Position numbers and translations under genes: made by a program
Source of the DNA: Candidatus Thermofontivivens primus
Lineage (GTDB): Bacteria > Sysuimicrobiota > Sysuimicrobiia > Sysuimicrobiales > Thermofontiviventaceae
Length of the DNA stretch: 64,000 bases
Assembly: GCA_031458695.1 (NCBI GenBank)
Contig: JAVKJW010000010.1
Location: 10,487 to 74,486 of the forward strand
Direction: 5' to 3'
The notes under the pieces: generated by a model
What the model saw: the letters and a program-made list of their open reading frames with translations, nothing else
Databases searched by the model: none
What the model was told of the DNA's origin: nothing
Part shown: piece after piece, positions 9,758 through 18,973 of the stretch
Position numbering within the stretch: the stretch's first letter is position 1
How the letters are laid out: every line of letters begins with the position of its first letter

Positions 9758-10492
9758 ATGCGATACGCTGTGATTTCTGATATCCACGGGAACCTTCAAG
9801 CATTGGAGATCGTCCTCAACGATATTGCCACAAAAGGGGTCGATGCCATCCTTTGCCTTGGGGACGTGGTCGGCTATGGGCCTGATCCAAACGAGTGTAT
9901 CACAACGCTCCAGACACACCGTATCCTCACCCTCGCCGGAAATCATGACTGGGCGGTCATCGGCCGCCTCGACCTGGACTATTTCAACCCACTCGCCCGG
10001 GAGGCCATCCTCTGGACCCGCCGCGTGCTGAGCCCAGAGGGCCGCGCGTTCCTGGAATCCCTCTCCCTCGAGCATAGATTTGGGGACCTCCTCGCTGTCC
10101 ACGGGAGCCCGCGCAACCCCATCGAAGAGTATGTCCTCGACGGGAACACAGCCCTGGCAAACTTCCTTTCCTCCGACTTCCAGATCTGCCTCATTGGACA
10201 CTCTCACATCCCGGGGGCGTTTGTGTACACGGAGAAGGAGAAGGTCTCATTCCATCAGCTTCCCGTGGGGTCCCCCTTCCCCCTCTCCTCGGGCGCGCGG
10301 TACATTCTCAACGGAGGCAGCGTGGGTCAGCCGCGGGATGGGGATCCCCGAGCAAGCTACCTGATCCTCGATCTCACCCTGCGCACTGCCACGCTCGTGC
10401 GGCTCGACTACCCGGTCCAGCAGACGCAGCAACGAATGCTTCAAGCTGGCCTTCCCTGGCCTCTCGCCGAGCGGCTGGCTTACGGATTATGA
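9758..10492 (+). CDS. Calcineurin-like metallophosphoesterase
   Basis: Motifs SDIHGN, LGDVVGYG, GNHD, HGSP, GHSH and NGGSVGQPRD. Confidence 0.92.
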   Translation: MRYAVISDIHGNLQALEIVLNDIATKGVDAILCLGDVVGYGPDPNECITTLQTHRILTLAGNHDWAVIGRLDLDYFNPLAREAILWTRRVLSPEGRAFLESLSLEHRFGDLLAVHGSPRNPIEEYVLDGNTALANFLSSDFQICLIGHSHIPGAFVYTEKEKVSFHQLPVGSPFPLSSGARYILNGGSVGQPRDGDPRASYLILDLTLRTATLVRLDYPVQQTQQRMLQAGLPWPLAERLAYGL

Positions 10493-10510
10493 AGAAGGAG
10501 GGACTTCTGA

Positions 10511-12565
10511 ATGCCTCGGAAAATCACCGCGGAAGATCTGTTCACCTTCCGCCTCGTCGATGATCCCCAGCTCTCTCCGGACGGGAGACGTGTGGCATTC
10601 GTCGTCACCACCATCGACCCGAATGCCAATGCCTACCGGTCACATATCTGGGTTGCCACAAACGGGGAGATCCGGCCATTCACTTCTGGTCCGCACCGCG
10701 ACACGAGTCCCCGCTGGTCCCCGGACGGCCGGTTCCTCGCATTCCTCTCCGACCGGACTGGACACAAGCAGATTTGGATCATCCCCAGCGATGGCGGTGA
10801 GGCCCGCCAGCTCACCAACCAGGGCCCTGTGGTCTCTGAACCAGTCTGGTCCCCGAACGGTCAGGAGATCGCCTATATCGCCAAGGTCGGGGAAGCCATA
10901 AAGGACGATGAGGTCCGCGTGATCACCCGCCTGAAGTATAAGGCCGACGGGGAAGGTCTCTGGGACGGCCGGTGGAAACACCTCTTCGTCATCCCCGCCG
11001 CAGGTGGAGAGGCGAGACAGCTCACGGAGGGGGAGTATGATCACCAGTACCCCTCCTGGTCCCCTGATGGACGCTGGATCGCTGTGATTGCTAACCGGTC
11101 CCCCGATGCGGACAGGACCAACGTAGCGGACGTGTGGGTGGTGGACCCCGCCACAGGCCAGCTCAGGTGTCTTACCGCGAGTAAGGGTCCAGCATCTGCC
11201 CCTTCCTGGTCACCAGACGGGGCATGGATTGCCTATCTTGGCCACGACAACGCGTACATGGGTGCCACGAACACTGGCGTGTGGGCCGTCCCCTTGGACG
11301 GCAGAGAACCCATCTGCCTCACAGCAGGGTTTGACCGGTCAGCTGGGCATGCCCTTCTGGGCGACATGCGTGCGCATCCCGTGCCAGGAAGGCCTACCTG
11401 GACCCTGGATGGAAACTGGGTTATCATCACCGTTACCCATGGAGGGACAAGCCAACTGTGCGCCGTCCCAGGCCCTGCAACCGAGGGAAAGGAAGTACGC
11501 TTCCTGACCAGCGGGCAGTGGGACATCTACGGGTTTAGCTTCGACGGAGCAAGGAAGAAGGTCTCCCTTGCCATCTCCGACCCAGTGACCCCCGGGGAGC
11601 TCTGGGAAGCCGAGGTGCAGGAAGGAAGAGAGGGGATCCGCCTCGGGGAGCTCCGCAGGCTAACCCACCTCAACGCCCATCTGGGGGAGGAAATCGTCGT
11701 CGTCGCGCCAGAGCGGTTCACCTTTGAAGGCGCCGATGGCTGGCCCATTGAGGGGTGGCTCCTGAAACCTCCGGATTTCCAGCCAGGAAGGAAGTACCCA
11801 GCGATCCTCCAAATCCACGGGGGGCCCCACGCAGCATACGGGTACACGTTCTTCCATGAGTTCCAGGTCCTGGCAGCAGAGGGCTACGTCGTTTTCTACA
11901 TGAACCCTCGGGGGAGCCAGGGATATGGTCAGAAGTTTGCTGCAGCCACCCACCACGACTGGGGAGGAAAAGACTTCGAGGACCTGATGCGGGGTGTGGA
12001 CTACATCCTGGAGACCTTCGACTTCGTGGATCCCAATCGCCTGGGGGTGGCTGGAGGAAGCTATGGAGGGTTCATGACCAATTGGATCATCGGGCACACC
12101 TCCCGCTTCCGCGCTGCCGTCACGATGCGGAGCATCTCCAACCACCTCAGCCAGTGGGGGACGAGCGATCTAGCCTATTTCAAGGGGTATTGGGAGTTCC
12201 CTGGTGACCCCTGGGAAAACCCCCAGTTCTACCTGGAGCGATCTCCCCTCATGTACGTGCAGAACATCACAACCCCCCTCCTCATCCTCCATAGCGAGCA
12301 AGACCTCAGGTGCCCCATCGGAGAGGCAGAACAACTCTTCGTTGCCTTGAAGAAGCTGGGACGCGAGGTTGTCTTTGTCCGCTTCCCCCAGGAGAGTCAC
12401 GACCTTTCCCGGAGTGGCCAGCCAAAGCGGCGTCTCATCCGCCTGGAGTGGATCCTGAGGTGGTTCTCCACACATCTCGGGGGAGTCCCGGTGGAGTCCA
12501 GAACCGCTGCAGAAGAGATGGGTGCTCCAGCTATCGAGACCGATTCGCATGATCGTGGAGGGTGA
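10511..12565 (+). CDS. S9-family (acylaminoacyl/dipeptidyl) peptidase with N-terminal beta-propeller
   Basis: Repeated WSPDG (PD40) motifs, IHGGP, nucleophile GGSYGG, DLRC and ESH completing the catalytic triad. Confidence 0.93.
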   Translation: MPRKITAEDLFTFRLVDDPQLSPDGRRVAFVVTTIDPNANAYRSHIWVATNGEIRPFTSGPHRDTSPRWSPDGRFLAFLSDRTGHKQIWIIPSDGGEARQLTNQGPVVSEPVWSPNGQEIAYIAKVGEAIKDDEVRVITRLKYKADGEGLWDGRWKHLFVIPAAGGEARQLTEGEYDHQYPSWSPDGRWIAVIANRSPDADRTNVADVWVVDPATGQLRCLTASKGPASAPSWSPDGAWIAYLGHDNAYMGATNTGVWAVPLDGREPICLTAGFDRSAGHALLGDMRAHPVPGRPTWTLDGNWVIITVTHGGTSQLCAVPGPATEGKEVRFLTSGQWDIYGFSFDGARKKVSLAISDPVTPGELWEAEVQEGREGIRLGELRRLTHLNAHLGEEIVVVAPERFTFEGADGWPIEGWLLKPPDFQPGRKYPAILQIHGGPHAAYGYTFFHEFQVLAAEGYVVFYMNPRGSQGYGQKFAAATHHDWGGKDFEDLMRGVDYILETFDFVDPNRLGVAGGSYGGFMTNWIIGHTSRFRAAVTMRSISNHLSQWGTSDLAYFKGYWEFPGDPWENPQFYLERSPLMYVQNITTPLLILHSEQDLRCPIGEAEQLFVALKKLGREVVFVRFPQESHDLSRSGQPKRRLIRLEWILRWFSTHLGGVPVESRTAAEEMGAPAIETDSHDRGG

Positions 12566-12639
12566 GGGAAGGTCCAGAACAAACTACGTGTGGATTTGGC
12601 AGACTAGCTCAGAGGCCGGAATGGAGGGTGAGAGGAACA

Positions 12640-13200
12640 ATGGGGAGGATCTACACACGAACAGGGGATGCTGGTGAGACGAGTTTGTTTGGAGGGAGAC
12701 GGGTTCCCAAGGACGATTTGCGGGTGGAGGCGTACGGTACCGTAGACGAGCTGGGAAGCTTCCTCGGTCTCGCCAGAGCACACCTCGAGCAGGACCGCGA
12801 TGTGGCCGAAGTACTCCTGGAGATCCAGCGGGAGCTCTTCGCCCTTGGGGCTGAGCTGGCCAGCCCGGGACCTCCCATGGAAGCCACGAAACCCACAGGA
12901 GTCACCGCGGACCGGGTGAAGTGGTTAGAGGAGACCATTGACCGGTTCCATGCGGAACTCCCGCCTCTCCAGCTGTTCGTCCTAGCGGGAGGGCCTGGAG
13001 CACTCCTCCACGTCGCCCGTACTGTCGCCAGAAGGGCAGAACGGCGGATCGTCGCGCTCCACCGCCGAGAGCCCTTGAACCCAGAACTCCTCCGCTACAT
13101 CAACCGCCTCTCCGACCTCCTCTTCGTCCTCGCCAGGGTGGTCAACCACCGCCACGGAGAGACGGAGGTTGTTTGGGAGCGGAGGAGAGAGCATCGATGA
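12640..13200 (+). CDS. pduO: PduO-type cob(I)alamin adenosyltransferase
   Basis: Motifs IYTRTGDAGET, RVEAYGTVDEL, ARTVARRAER and YINRLSDLLFVLAR. Confidence 0.92.
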   Translation: MGRIYTRTGDAGETSLFGGRRVPKDDLRVEAYGTVDELGSFLGLARAHLEQDRDVAEVLLEIQRELFALGAELASPGPPMEATKPTGVTADRVKWLEETIDRFHAELPPLQLFVLAGGPGALLHVARTVARRAERRIVALHRREPLNPELLRYINRLSDLLFVLARVVNHRHGETEVVWERRREHR

Positions 13201-13224
13201 ACGCTTGTGAGGAGGCCTCGCCTG

Positions 13225-14244
13225 ATGAAGGTAGATGCGCATCTCGCCACGAAGGACCTCCGGTCGATCCCGGAGATGGCAAAGGCTGCGGAGTCGTGTG
13301 GATTCGACGGCTTGCTGACAAGCGAAACCGCCCACGATCCATTCCTCCCTCTTGCCCTGGCTGCAGAGCATACATCGCGGATCCAGCTCGGTACAGCCAT
13401 CGCCGTTGCTTTCGCCCGCAGCCCTGTGGTGGTTGCACACACCGCATGGGATCTCGCGGCCCTTTCCGGCGGCCGGTTCCTCCTGGGCCTGGGGACTCAG
13501 GTGAAGGCGCACATTGAGCGCCGTTTCAGCATGCCTTGGGGACCGCCCGTACCCCGGCTTCGCGAGTATGTCCAAGCTCTGCGAGCGGTCTGGCGGACTT
13601 GGCAGGAAGAGGTCCCCCTCAACTTCCGGGGGAGGTTTTACACTCACACCTTGATGACTCCTTTTTTCAGCCCCTCCCCCCTTGCACACCCTCGGATCCC
13701 CGTGTTCATTGCCGGGGTGAACACCGGGCTCTGTCGACTTGCGGGGGAGCTCTGCGATGGCTTCTTCGTGCACCCTCTCCATACCCCCCGTTACTTGCAC
13801 CACGTAGTCCTCCCCGCTATCGGATCAGGACTTGCACGGGCGGGGCGGTCTCGTGCAGAGATTGAGATTGCTGTCAGCTGCTTCGTGGCCACCGGCCGAC
13901 CAGGAGCAGAGAGGGAGGAGGCCATCAACTCCGTGAAGCGCCAGATCGCGTTCTACGCATCCACACCCTCCTATCGCATCGTCCTCGAGGTACACGGATG
14001 GCAAGAGATCGGGGAAAGGCTCCAGCAGATGGCCAGATACGGCCAATGGCGGGAGATGGGAACGTTGGTCACGGATGAGATGTTGGAGGCCTTTGCGGTG
14101 GTCGGTCCCGAAGAGGAGATCCCCTCCTTGCTGCGCGCCCGCTACGATGGGCTCGCCGACCGCATCTCGTGGTACCGGGAGTTCTCCCCAGAGGATGCGC
14201 CTCGCTGGCGCAAGGCTGTGGAGATATTGAAGGGCATCGCTTGA
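13225..14244 (+). CDS. LLM-class, probably F420-dependent oxidoreductase (TIGR03617-like)
   Basis: Motifs ETAHDPFLPL, GTAIAVAFARSP, WDL..LSGGRFLLGLGTQVKAHIERRF and QIAFYASTPSY. Confidence 0.8.
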   Translation: MKVDAHLATKDLRSIPEMAKAAESCGFDGLLTSETAHDPFLPLALAAEHTSRIQLGTAIAVAFARSPVVVAHTAWDLAALSGGRFLLGLGTQVKAHIERRFSMPWGPPVPRLREYVQALRAVWRTWQEEVPLNFRGRFYTHTLMTPFFSPSPLAHPRIPVFIAGVNTGLCRLAGELCDGFFVHPLHTPRYLHHVVLPAIGSGLARAGRSRAEIEIAVSCFVATGRPGAEREEAINSVKRQIAFYASTPSYRIVLEVHGWQEIGERLQQMARYGQWREMGTLVTDEMLEAFAVVGPEEEIPSLLRARYDGLADRISWYREFSPEDAPRWRKAVEILKGIA

Positions 14245-14342
14245 TCGGCTTTCCAGAGCAGCGCTAGAATAAGCTAGAGGTTGCCAAACAATCGGGCAAC
14301 AGAAAAACCGTGTGACAAGGTGCGTACAGGAGCGTTTTCCCC

Positions 14343-15338
14343 ATGGAGCCAGGGGCAATCTCCGCATTTACAATTCCCTCGCGGGATTTCACGCCTGCTT
14401 ACCTTCACCTTGGGGCGAGGGAGCTGCGGCGCAGAGCGGAGGAGGCACTTTCCCTCCTGGAGAGCTGCAGCGTATGCCCTAGGAATTGCCGGGTAAACCG
14501 GCTGGAGGACAAGTGGGCGGTCTGCAAGACCGGGCGGTATGCTGTCGTCAGCAGCTTCTTCCCGCACTTCGGGGAGGAGGACTGCCTCCGGGGCTGGAAC
14601 GGGAGTGGGACGATCTTCTTTTCATGGTGCAACTTAAAGTGTGTGTTCTGTCAGAACTGGAGCATCAGCCATCTCGGCGAAGGAAGAGCTGTCACCCCGG
14701 AGCAGCTCGCGCGGATGATGGTCTACCTCCAAGAGCAAGGTTGCCACAACATCAACCTGGTGACCCCGGAGCACGTGGTTCCGCAGATCCTTGAGGCCCT
14801 CCCCATCGCCGTGGAGATGGGCCTCCGCCTGCCCATCGTCTATAACACAAGCGCTTATGACTCCCTCGATAGCCTGCGTCTCCTTGATGGGATCGTGGAC
14901 ATCTACATGCCCGACTTCAAATTCTGGGACCGGGAGCTAGCCAGGAAGTACCTGAAGGCACCTGATTACCCTGAGGTGGCAAAGCGCGTCATCAAAGAGA
15001 TGCACCGACAGGTGGGTCCACTGGTCATGGATGAACATGGCCTGGCCAAGAGAGGTGTGCTGGTCCGCCACCTTGTGATGCCAGGTGGCATCGCCGGGAC
15101 TCGAGAGATTATGCAGTTTCTCGCCAAGGAGGTCTCGCCACACACCTACGTCAACATCATGGACCAATACTACCCCGCGGGAAAGGTCTCGGAGAAGGAA
15201 TACAGCGAGATCAACCGACGCATCACCAGGAGCGAGTACGAAGAAGCCCTCGCAGCCGCAAGGGAGGCCGGTCTCTACCGCTTTGACACCCGCGGGTTGG
15301 TCGGTCCTCGCCTGCGTCTCCTGTGGCTCCCAGACTAA
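14343..15338 (+). CDS. Radical SAM protein, PflX (PFL-activating-enzyme-like) family
   Basis: Motifs CSVCPRNC, HFGEE, GSGTIFF, CNLKCVFC, HNINLVTP, DIYMPDFK and VRHLVMP. Confidence 0.88.
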   Translation: MEPGAISAFTIPSRDFTPAYLHLGARELRRRAEEALSLLESCSVCPRNCRVNRLEDKWAVCKTGRYAVVSSFFPHFGEEDCLRGWNGSGTIFFSWCNLKCVFCQNWSISHLGEGRAVTPEQLARMMVYLQEQGCHNINLVTPEHVVPQILEALPIAVEMGLRLPIVYNTSAYDSLDSLRLLDGIVDIYMPDFKFWDRELARKYLKAPDYPEVAKRVIKEMHRQVGPLVMDEHGLAKRGVLVRHLVMPGGIAGTREIMQFLAKEVSPHTYVNIMDQYYPAGKVSEKEYSEINRRITRSEYEEALAAAREAGLYRFDTRGLVGPRLRLLWLPD

Positions 15339-15530
15339 GTTACCCCTATAAGAAATCCACAGGATGTTTGTAGGGATGCCGGGCTAAGCGAGATCCCTCA
15401 GTTTAGCGTACCATGCATAGGGTAGTATGGCCGTTTCTAGAACAGCGCCTCAATTCAGCCACGCTCCCAAGCGAAACCTTGTCCAATGCGCTCGCTCGGC
15501 TACTTCCATTCCAAGGGAGGGGGGTTCCTC

Positions 15531-16001
15531 GTGACGGGCGAACGGCAAATCCTGGCAATCTTCCGCACACTCTCCAGGGAATCCCAAAAATCCTTGCTCG
15601 CGATTGCTGAAGCGATGAGCGAGGCAGAGGCAAACAGCCGATTGCCTGGGTTGAAGGACCTGCTAGGCTTCTCCAGTTCGGCGTCCGGGGGATTCGCGGA
15701 GGTTGCCATGGAGCTCCGGACCCCATTCCTGAACCGAAGAGGAGTAGCGCATGGAGGAGTGATCTGTTCCCTTCTTGATGAAGCCATTGGCATGGCCGTT
15801 CACTCCGTGCTCCCTGTCGAGGGGCGCGCGGTGACAGCGCAACTCAACGCGCACTTCCTCAACCCTGCCCCGCCAGGGACCCTCCTCGCCAGAGCGCATG
15901 TGATCCGTGCGGGGAAACGGATCATCGTCGGAGAGGGGGAAGTGCACCGCGAGGGAGGGGATCTCGTTGCAAAGGGGACAGGGATCTGGGTAGTGATCTG
16001 A
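15531..16001 (+). CDS. PaaI-family hotdog thioesterase
   Basis: Motifs NRRGVAHGGVICSLLD and VTAQLNAHFLNP. GTG start follows GGAGGGGG. Confidence 0.85.
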   Translation: MTGERQILAIFRTLSRESQKSLLAIAEAMSEAEANSRLPGLKDLLGFSSSASGGFAEVAMELRTPFLNRRGVAHGGVICSLLDEAIGMAVHSVLPVEGRAVTAQLNAHFLNPAPPGTLLARAHVIRAGKRIIVGEGEVHREGGDLVAKGTGIWVVI

Positions 16002-16036
16002 ATACAATAAACCCACTATCCCGGGGACCCATCACG

Positions 16037-16114
16037 TGGTGGCCCCAAGGGGATTCGAACCCCTGTCTCGGCCTTGAGAGGGCCGCGTCCTAGGCCTGGC
16101 TAGACGATGGGGCC
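16037..16114 (-). tRNA. tRNA-Glu (anticodon CTC)
   Basis: Reverse complement reads GGCCCCATCGTCTAG...CGGCC-CTCTCAA-GGCCG...GGTTCGAATCCCC-TTGGGGCCA-CCA, with the CCA encoded. Confidence 0.96.
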
Positions 16115-16160
16115 ACATTCTTCCGTTGCTCTAGCAAAGGACCGTTTCCGGGAACTTCCA

Positions 16161-16694
16161 TTAGGCTTGCACCGGTACCTCGGTCAATGCCTTGATGATC
16201 TCCCTGCAGAAGGCGGGCAGGTCGTCGGGGACTCGAGAAGTGATCAGGTTCCCATCCCGAACGACCTCCTGATCCACCCAGGTCGCACCGGCGTTGATGA
16301 CATCGTCCTTGACGGACCAAAAGCTCGTCATGGTCTTTCCACGCACAATGCCCGCGGAGATCGGCACCCAGGCTGCGTGGCAGATCGCCGCCACCACCTT
16401 CCCTCGTTCGTACATCTCCCGCACAAAGGAGAGGAGCTTTTCATGGCGGCGCATGTAGTCAGGGGCGTATCCTCCGGGAATGACAACAGCATCGAAGTCT
16501 GAGGCCTTCACTTCCTCGATACTCAGATCTACCTTCACGGGGTATCCGGACTTGCTCTTGTACTCTTCCCTCTTTGGACCAACGATTTTAACCTCTGCCC
16601 CCGCCTCCCGAAACCGCAGGACTGGGTACCACAGCTCGAGCTCCTGGTAAAGGTTCTCGGCGAGGACTGCGACCCGCTTGCCTTTGAGCTCCAT
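16161..16694 (-). CDS. PfpI/DJ-1 family (type 1 glutamine amidotransferase-like) protein
   Basis: Motifs YQELEL, IPGGYAPD, AAICHA and DGNLITSR.PDDLPAF. Confidence 0.92.
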   Translation of the reverse strand: MELKGKRVAVLAENLYQELELWYPVLRFREAGAEVKIVGPKREEYKSKSGYPVKVDLSIEEVKASDFDAVVIPGGYAPDYMRRHEKLLSFVREMYERGKVVAAICHAAWVPISAGIVRGKTMTSFWSVKDDVINAGATWVDQEVVRDGNLITSRVPDDLPAFCREIIKALTEVPVQA

Positions 16695-16742
16695 CCCCTA
16701 CCCCCCTCCTGATCACCTCATGGACCCAAAAATCCCTTTCCA

Positions 16743-16771
16743 AGTATACTGGAGCGGGCAGGAGGCGTCAA
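16743..16771 (-). promoter_or_regulatory. Sigma70-type promoter for the pfpI gene
   Basis: Minus strand TTGACG-N17-TATACT. Confidence 0.7.
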
Positions 16772-16873
16772 CGGCGCAGGGGACTCCGCTCTGGGACGCG
16801 AATGTGAAGCACCAGTAACGATACTCCTCTGCAACAACGAAAGATTATGGGGAGGGAAAGGAAGGAAAGGGTG

Positions 16874-18061
16874 ATGCTCAGAGAATCGGAGATCGTCATC
16901 ATTGGCGGGGGAGTCCATGGGACGAGCGCTGCTTATCACCTGGCCAAAGCCAGCAAACAGGTCGTCCTTTTGGAGAGGCGTTCGATCGCATCTGCTGCTT
17001 CCGGTGCATCTGGCGGGATCATCCGGTGTCATTACTCCAACGAATCCATGGTCAGGCTCGCCCACCGCGCAGCACAGCGTTGGCCAGAACTAGAAAGTGA
17101 GCTCGGCCAACCTGTGGACTATGTGCGCAATGGACTCATCGTCGCCGTAGCGGCTGAAGATGCTGGAACGATGCAGGAGATCGTTCGCATGCACCAGCGT
17201 GTCGGTGTAGAAACCGAGGTCATCCCCCCTGAGGCGATCCGCCGTTGGATCCCAGAGTTCCACATCGATGGGATAGCCCTCGCGACGTACGAGGCGGAAG
17301 CAGGGTACGCTGATCCTTATTCAGCGGCCGTTGCCTTCGCACGAAAGGCAAGGGAGCTCGGAGCTGAAATCTCCACAGACACCAAGGTGACGGCCATTGA
17401 GGCAGAGGGAACCACTTCCTGGAAGGTTGTCACAGACAAGGGTACGATCCGAACCCCTCTTGTGATCAACTGCGCGGGAGCTTGGGCCGGAGAGATCGCC
17501 CGCATGATCGGTATCGAGATCCCTGTGACCCCGGGCCTCCTGCAGATGGTGGCATTTGACCCGAAGTACCCAGGGTGGCACCGGTACAGCCCAACCTGGC
17601 TGGATATGACCACAATGACCTATTGCCGCCCCGATAGCGCGGGTTTGATGCTGGCAGGAGGAGGCCTCAGCGAGAACGCTGCCATGGAGAACCCAGAGGT
17701 AGACCCGGACAACTACCCCGCGAGGCCTCCTGTGGTGTTCGAGGCAGAGATCTATGAAAACCTAGCCCGGCGCTGCCCATGGGCACAGGGGATGTCCCGC
17801 GTCCGCTCCTGGGCAGGTCCAGACGGGAACAGCCCCGATTTCCACCTCATCTTCGGCCCCGTCCCCGGGGTACGAGGCTACCTGCACATCGTAGGAGGAA
17901 GCGGGAACTCCTTTAAGCTCTGCCCAGCCACGGGGGAGGCCATCGCCGAATACGTGACAACTGGCCGGTGCACTTACCTGGACTTGAACTCCTTCAGCAT
18001 CACGCGCTTTCAAGAAGGCCGCCCCTTCCGGGGGAAGTACCGGATGCATATCATCGGGTGA
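16874..18061 (+). CDS. FAD-dependent oxidoreductase (DAO/sarcosine oxidase beta-like)
   Basis: Motifs IIGGGVHG, ASGASGGIIR, GYADP, INCAGAW and GGSGNSFKLCPATG. Confidence 0.88.
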   Translation: MLRESEIVIIGGGVHGTSAAYHLAKASKQVVLLERRSIASAASGASGGIIRCHYSNESMVRLAHRAAQRWPELESELGQPVDYVRNGLIVAVAAEDAGTMQEIVRMHQRVGVETEVIPPEAIRRWIPEFHIDGIALATYEAEAGYADPYSAAVAFARKARELGAEISTDTKVTAIEAEGTTSWKVVTDKGTIRTPLVINCAGAWAGEIARMIGIEIPVTPGLLQMVAFDPKYPGWHRYSPTWLDMTTMTYCRPDSAGLMLAGGGLSENAAMENPEVDPDNYPARPPVVFEAEIYENLARRCPWAQGMSRVRSWAGPDGNSPDFHLIFGPVPGVRGYLHIVGGSGNSFKLCPATGEAIAEYVTTGRCTYLDLNSFSITRFQEGRPFRGKYRMHIIG

Positions 18062-18064
18062 AGG

Positions 18065-18973
18065 ATGAGGTCGGCCGGTCAAAGCGAGGCCGTGGCCGGT
18101 TATTTCTTCGTCCTCTCCGCTGCAGTCCTCTGGGGAAGCCTGGGGGTAGCGGGGAAAGTGGCCTTTGCTTCTGGCGTCCACCCCCTGGAAGCGGCGTTCT
18201 ACCGGGCGGCCTTCTCTGCAGTGGGGCTGCTTGCTTTTACCTTCCTCGTGGACCGTTCTTCCCTCCGCGTCCACACCCGTGACCTCCCCCTTTTCCTTGC
18301 TTTTGGATTGGTCAGCATCGCTGGGTTTTTCGCCGTCTACCTTTACGCCATCAAGCTGACAACTGTCGCCATGGCAGCCATCCTGCTCTATACCGCTCCA
18401 GTATTTGTCGCCGCGCTCTCTAGGCTCTTCTTTAGGGAGGCTATCACCAGGACGAAGACATTGAGCTTGCTCATCGCCTTTCTCGGGTGCATCCTCGTGG
18501 CTCGCGGGTACGACCCTGCCTCCTTGCGGCTGACCCTGCAAGGGACACTCGCGGGGATCGGCTCCGGGATCACCTATGCATTCTACAGCATCTTTGGTAA
18601 GGCCGCCCTCCGGCGCTACAGCATCCTTACCACGCTCACCTACGCCATGGGGGTTGGTGCAATCGCCCTCGGTCTCCTAGGTCTCCAGCAAGATGCCATT
18701 CACGTTGGACACAGTATCCGGGCCTGGGCTGCACTCGTGTACCTCGCCCTTGTTACAACCCTCCTTGCCCAAAGCCTCTACCTCGCCGGCCTCCGGCGGA
18801 TTCAGGCCAGCAAGGCCAGCATCGTGGCAACGATCGAACCAGTTGTCGCGGGAGTTCTTGGGTTCTTCCTCCTCGGGGAGAGCCTGGAGCTCCCCCAGAT
18901 CGTGGGAGGACTCCTCATCCTTGCGGCTGTCCTGGCGGTCCACTTGGGAGATCGCGCATCCGGGGAAGCGTGA
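18065..18973 (+). CDS. EamA/DMT family transporter
   Basis: About 10 TM segments with duplicated EamA halves, LLYTAPVFV and ASIVATIEPV. Confidence 0.9.
   Translation: MRSAGQSEAVAGYFFVLSAAVLWGSLGVAGKVAFASGVHPLEAAFYRAAFSAVGLLAFTFLVDRSSLRVHTRDLPLFLAFGLVSIAGFFAVYLYAIKLTTVAMAAILLYTAPVFVAALSRLFFREAITRTKTLSLLIAFLGCILVARGYDPASLRLTLQGTLAGIGSGITYAFYSIFGKAALRRYSILTTLTYAMGVGAIALGLLGLQQDAIHVGHSIRAWAALVYLALVTTLLAQSLYLAGLRRIQASKASIVATIEPVVAGVLGFFLLGESLELPQIVGGLLILAAVLAVHLGDRASGEA

Noticed and set aside
14245..14342. GTTGCC...GGCAAC hairpin upstream of the radical SAM gene as a riboswitch
   Set aside because: Only a 6-bp stem, with no SAM, c-di-GMP or cobalamin consensus elements.
16001..16160. tRNA-Glu as an integration site
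   Set aside because: No integrase, no duplicated tRNA 3' end seen, and the flanks are ordinary metabolic genes.
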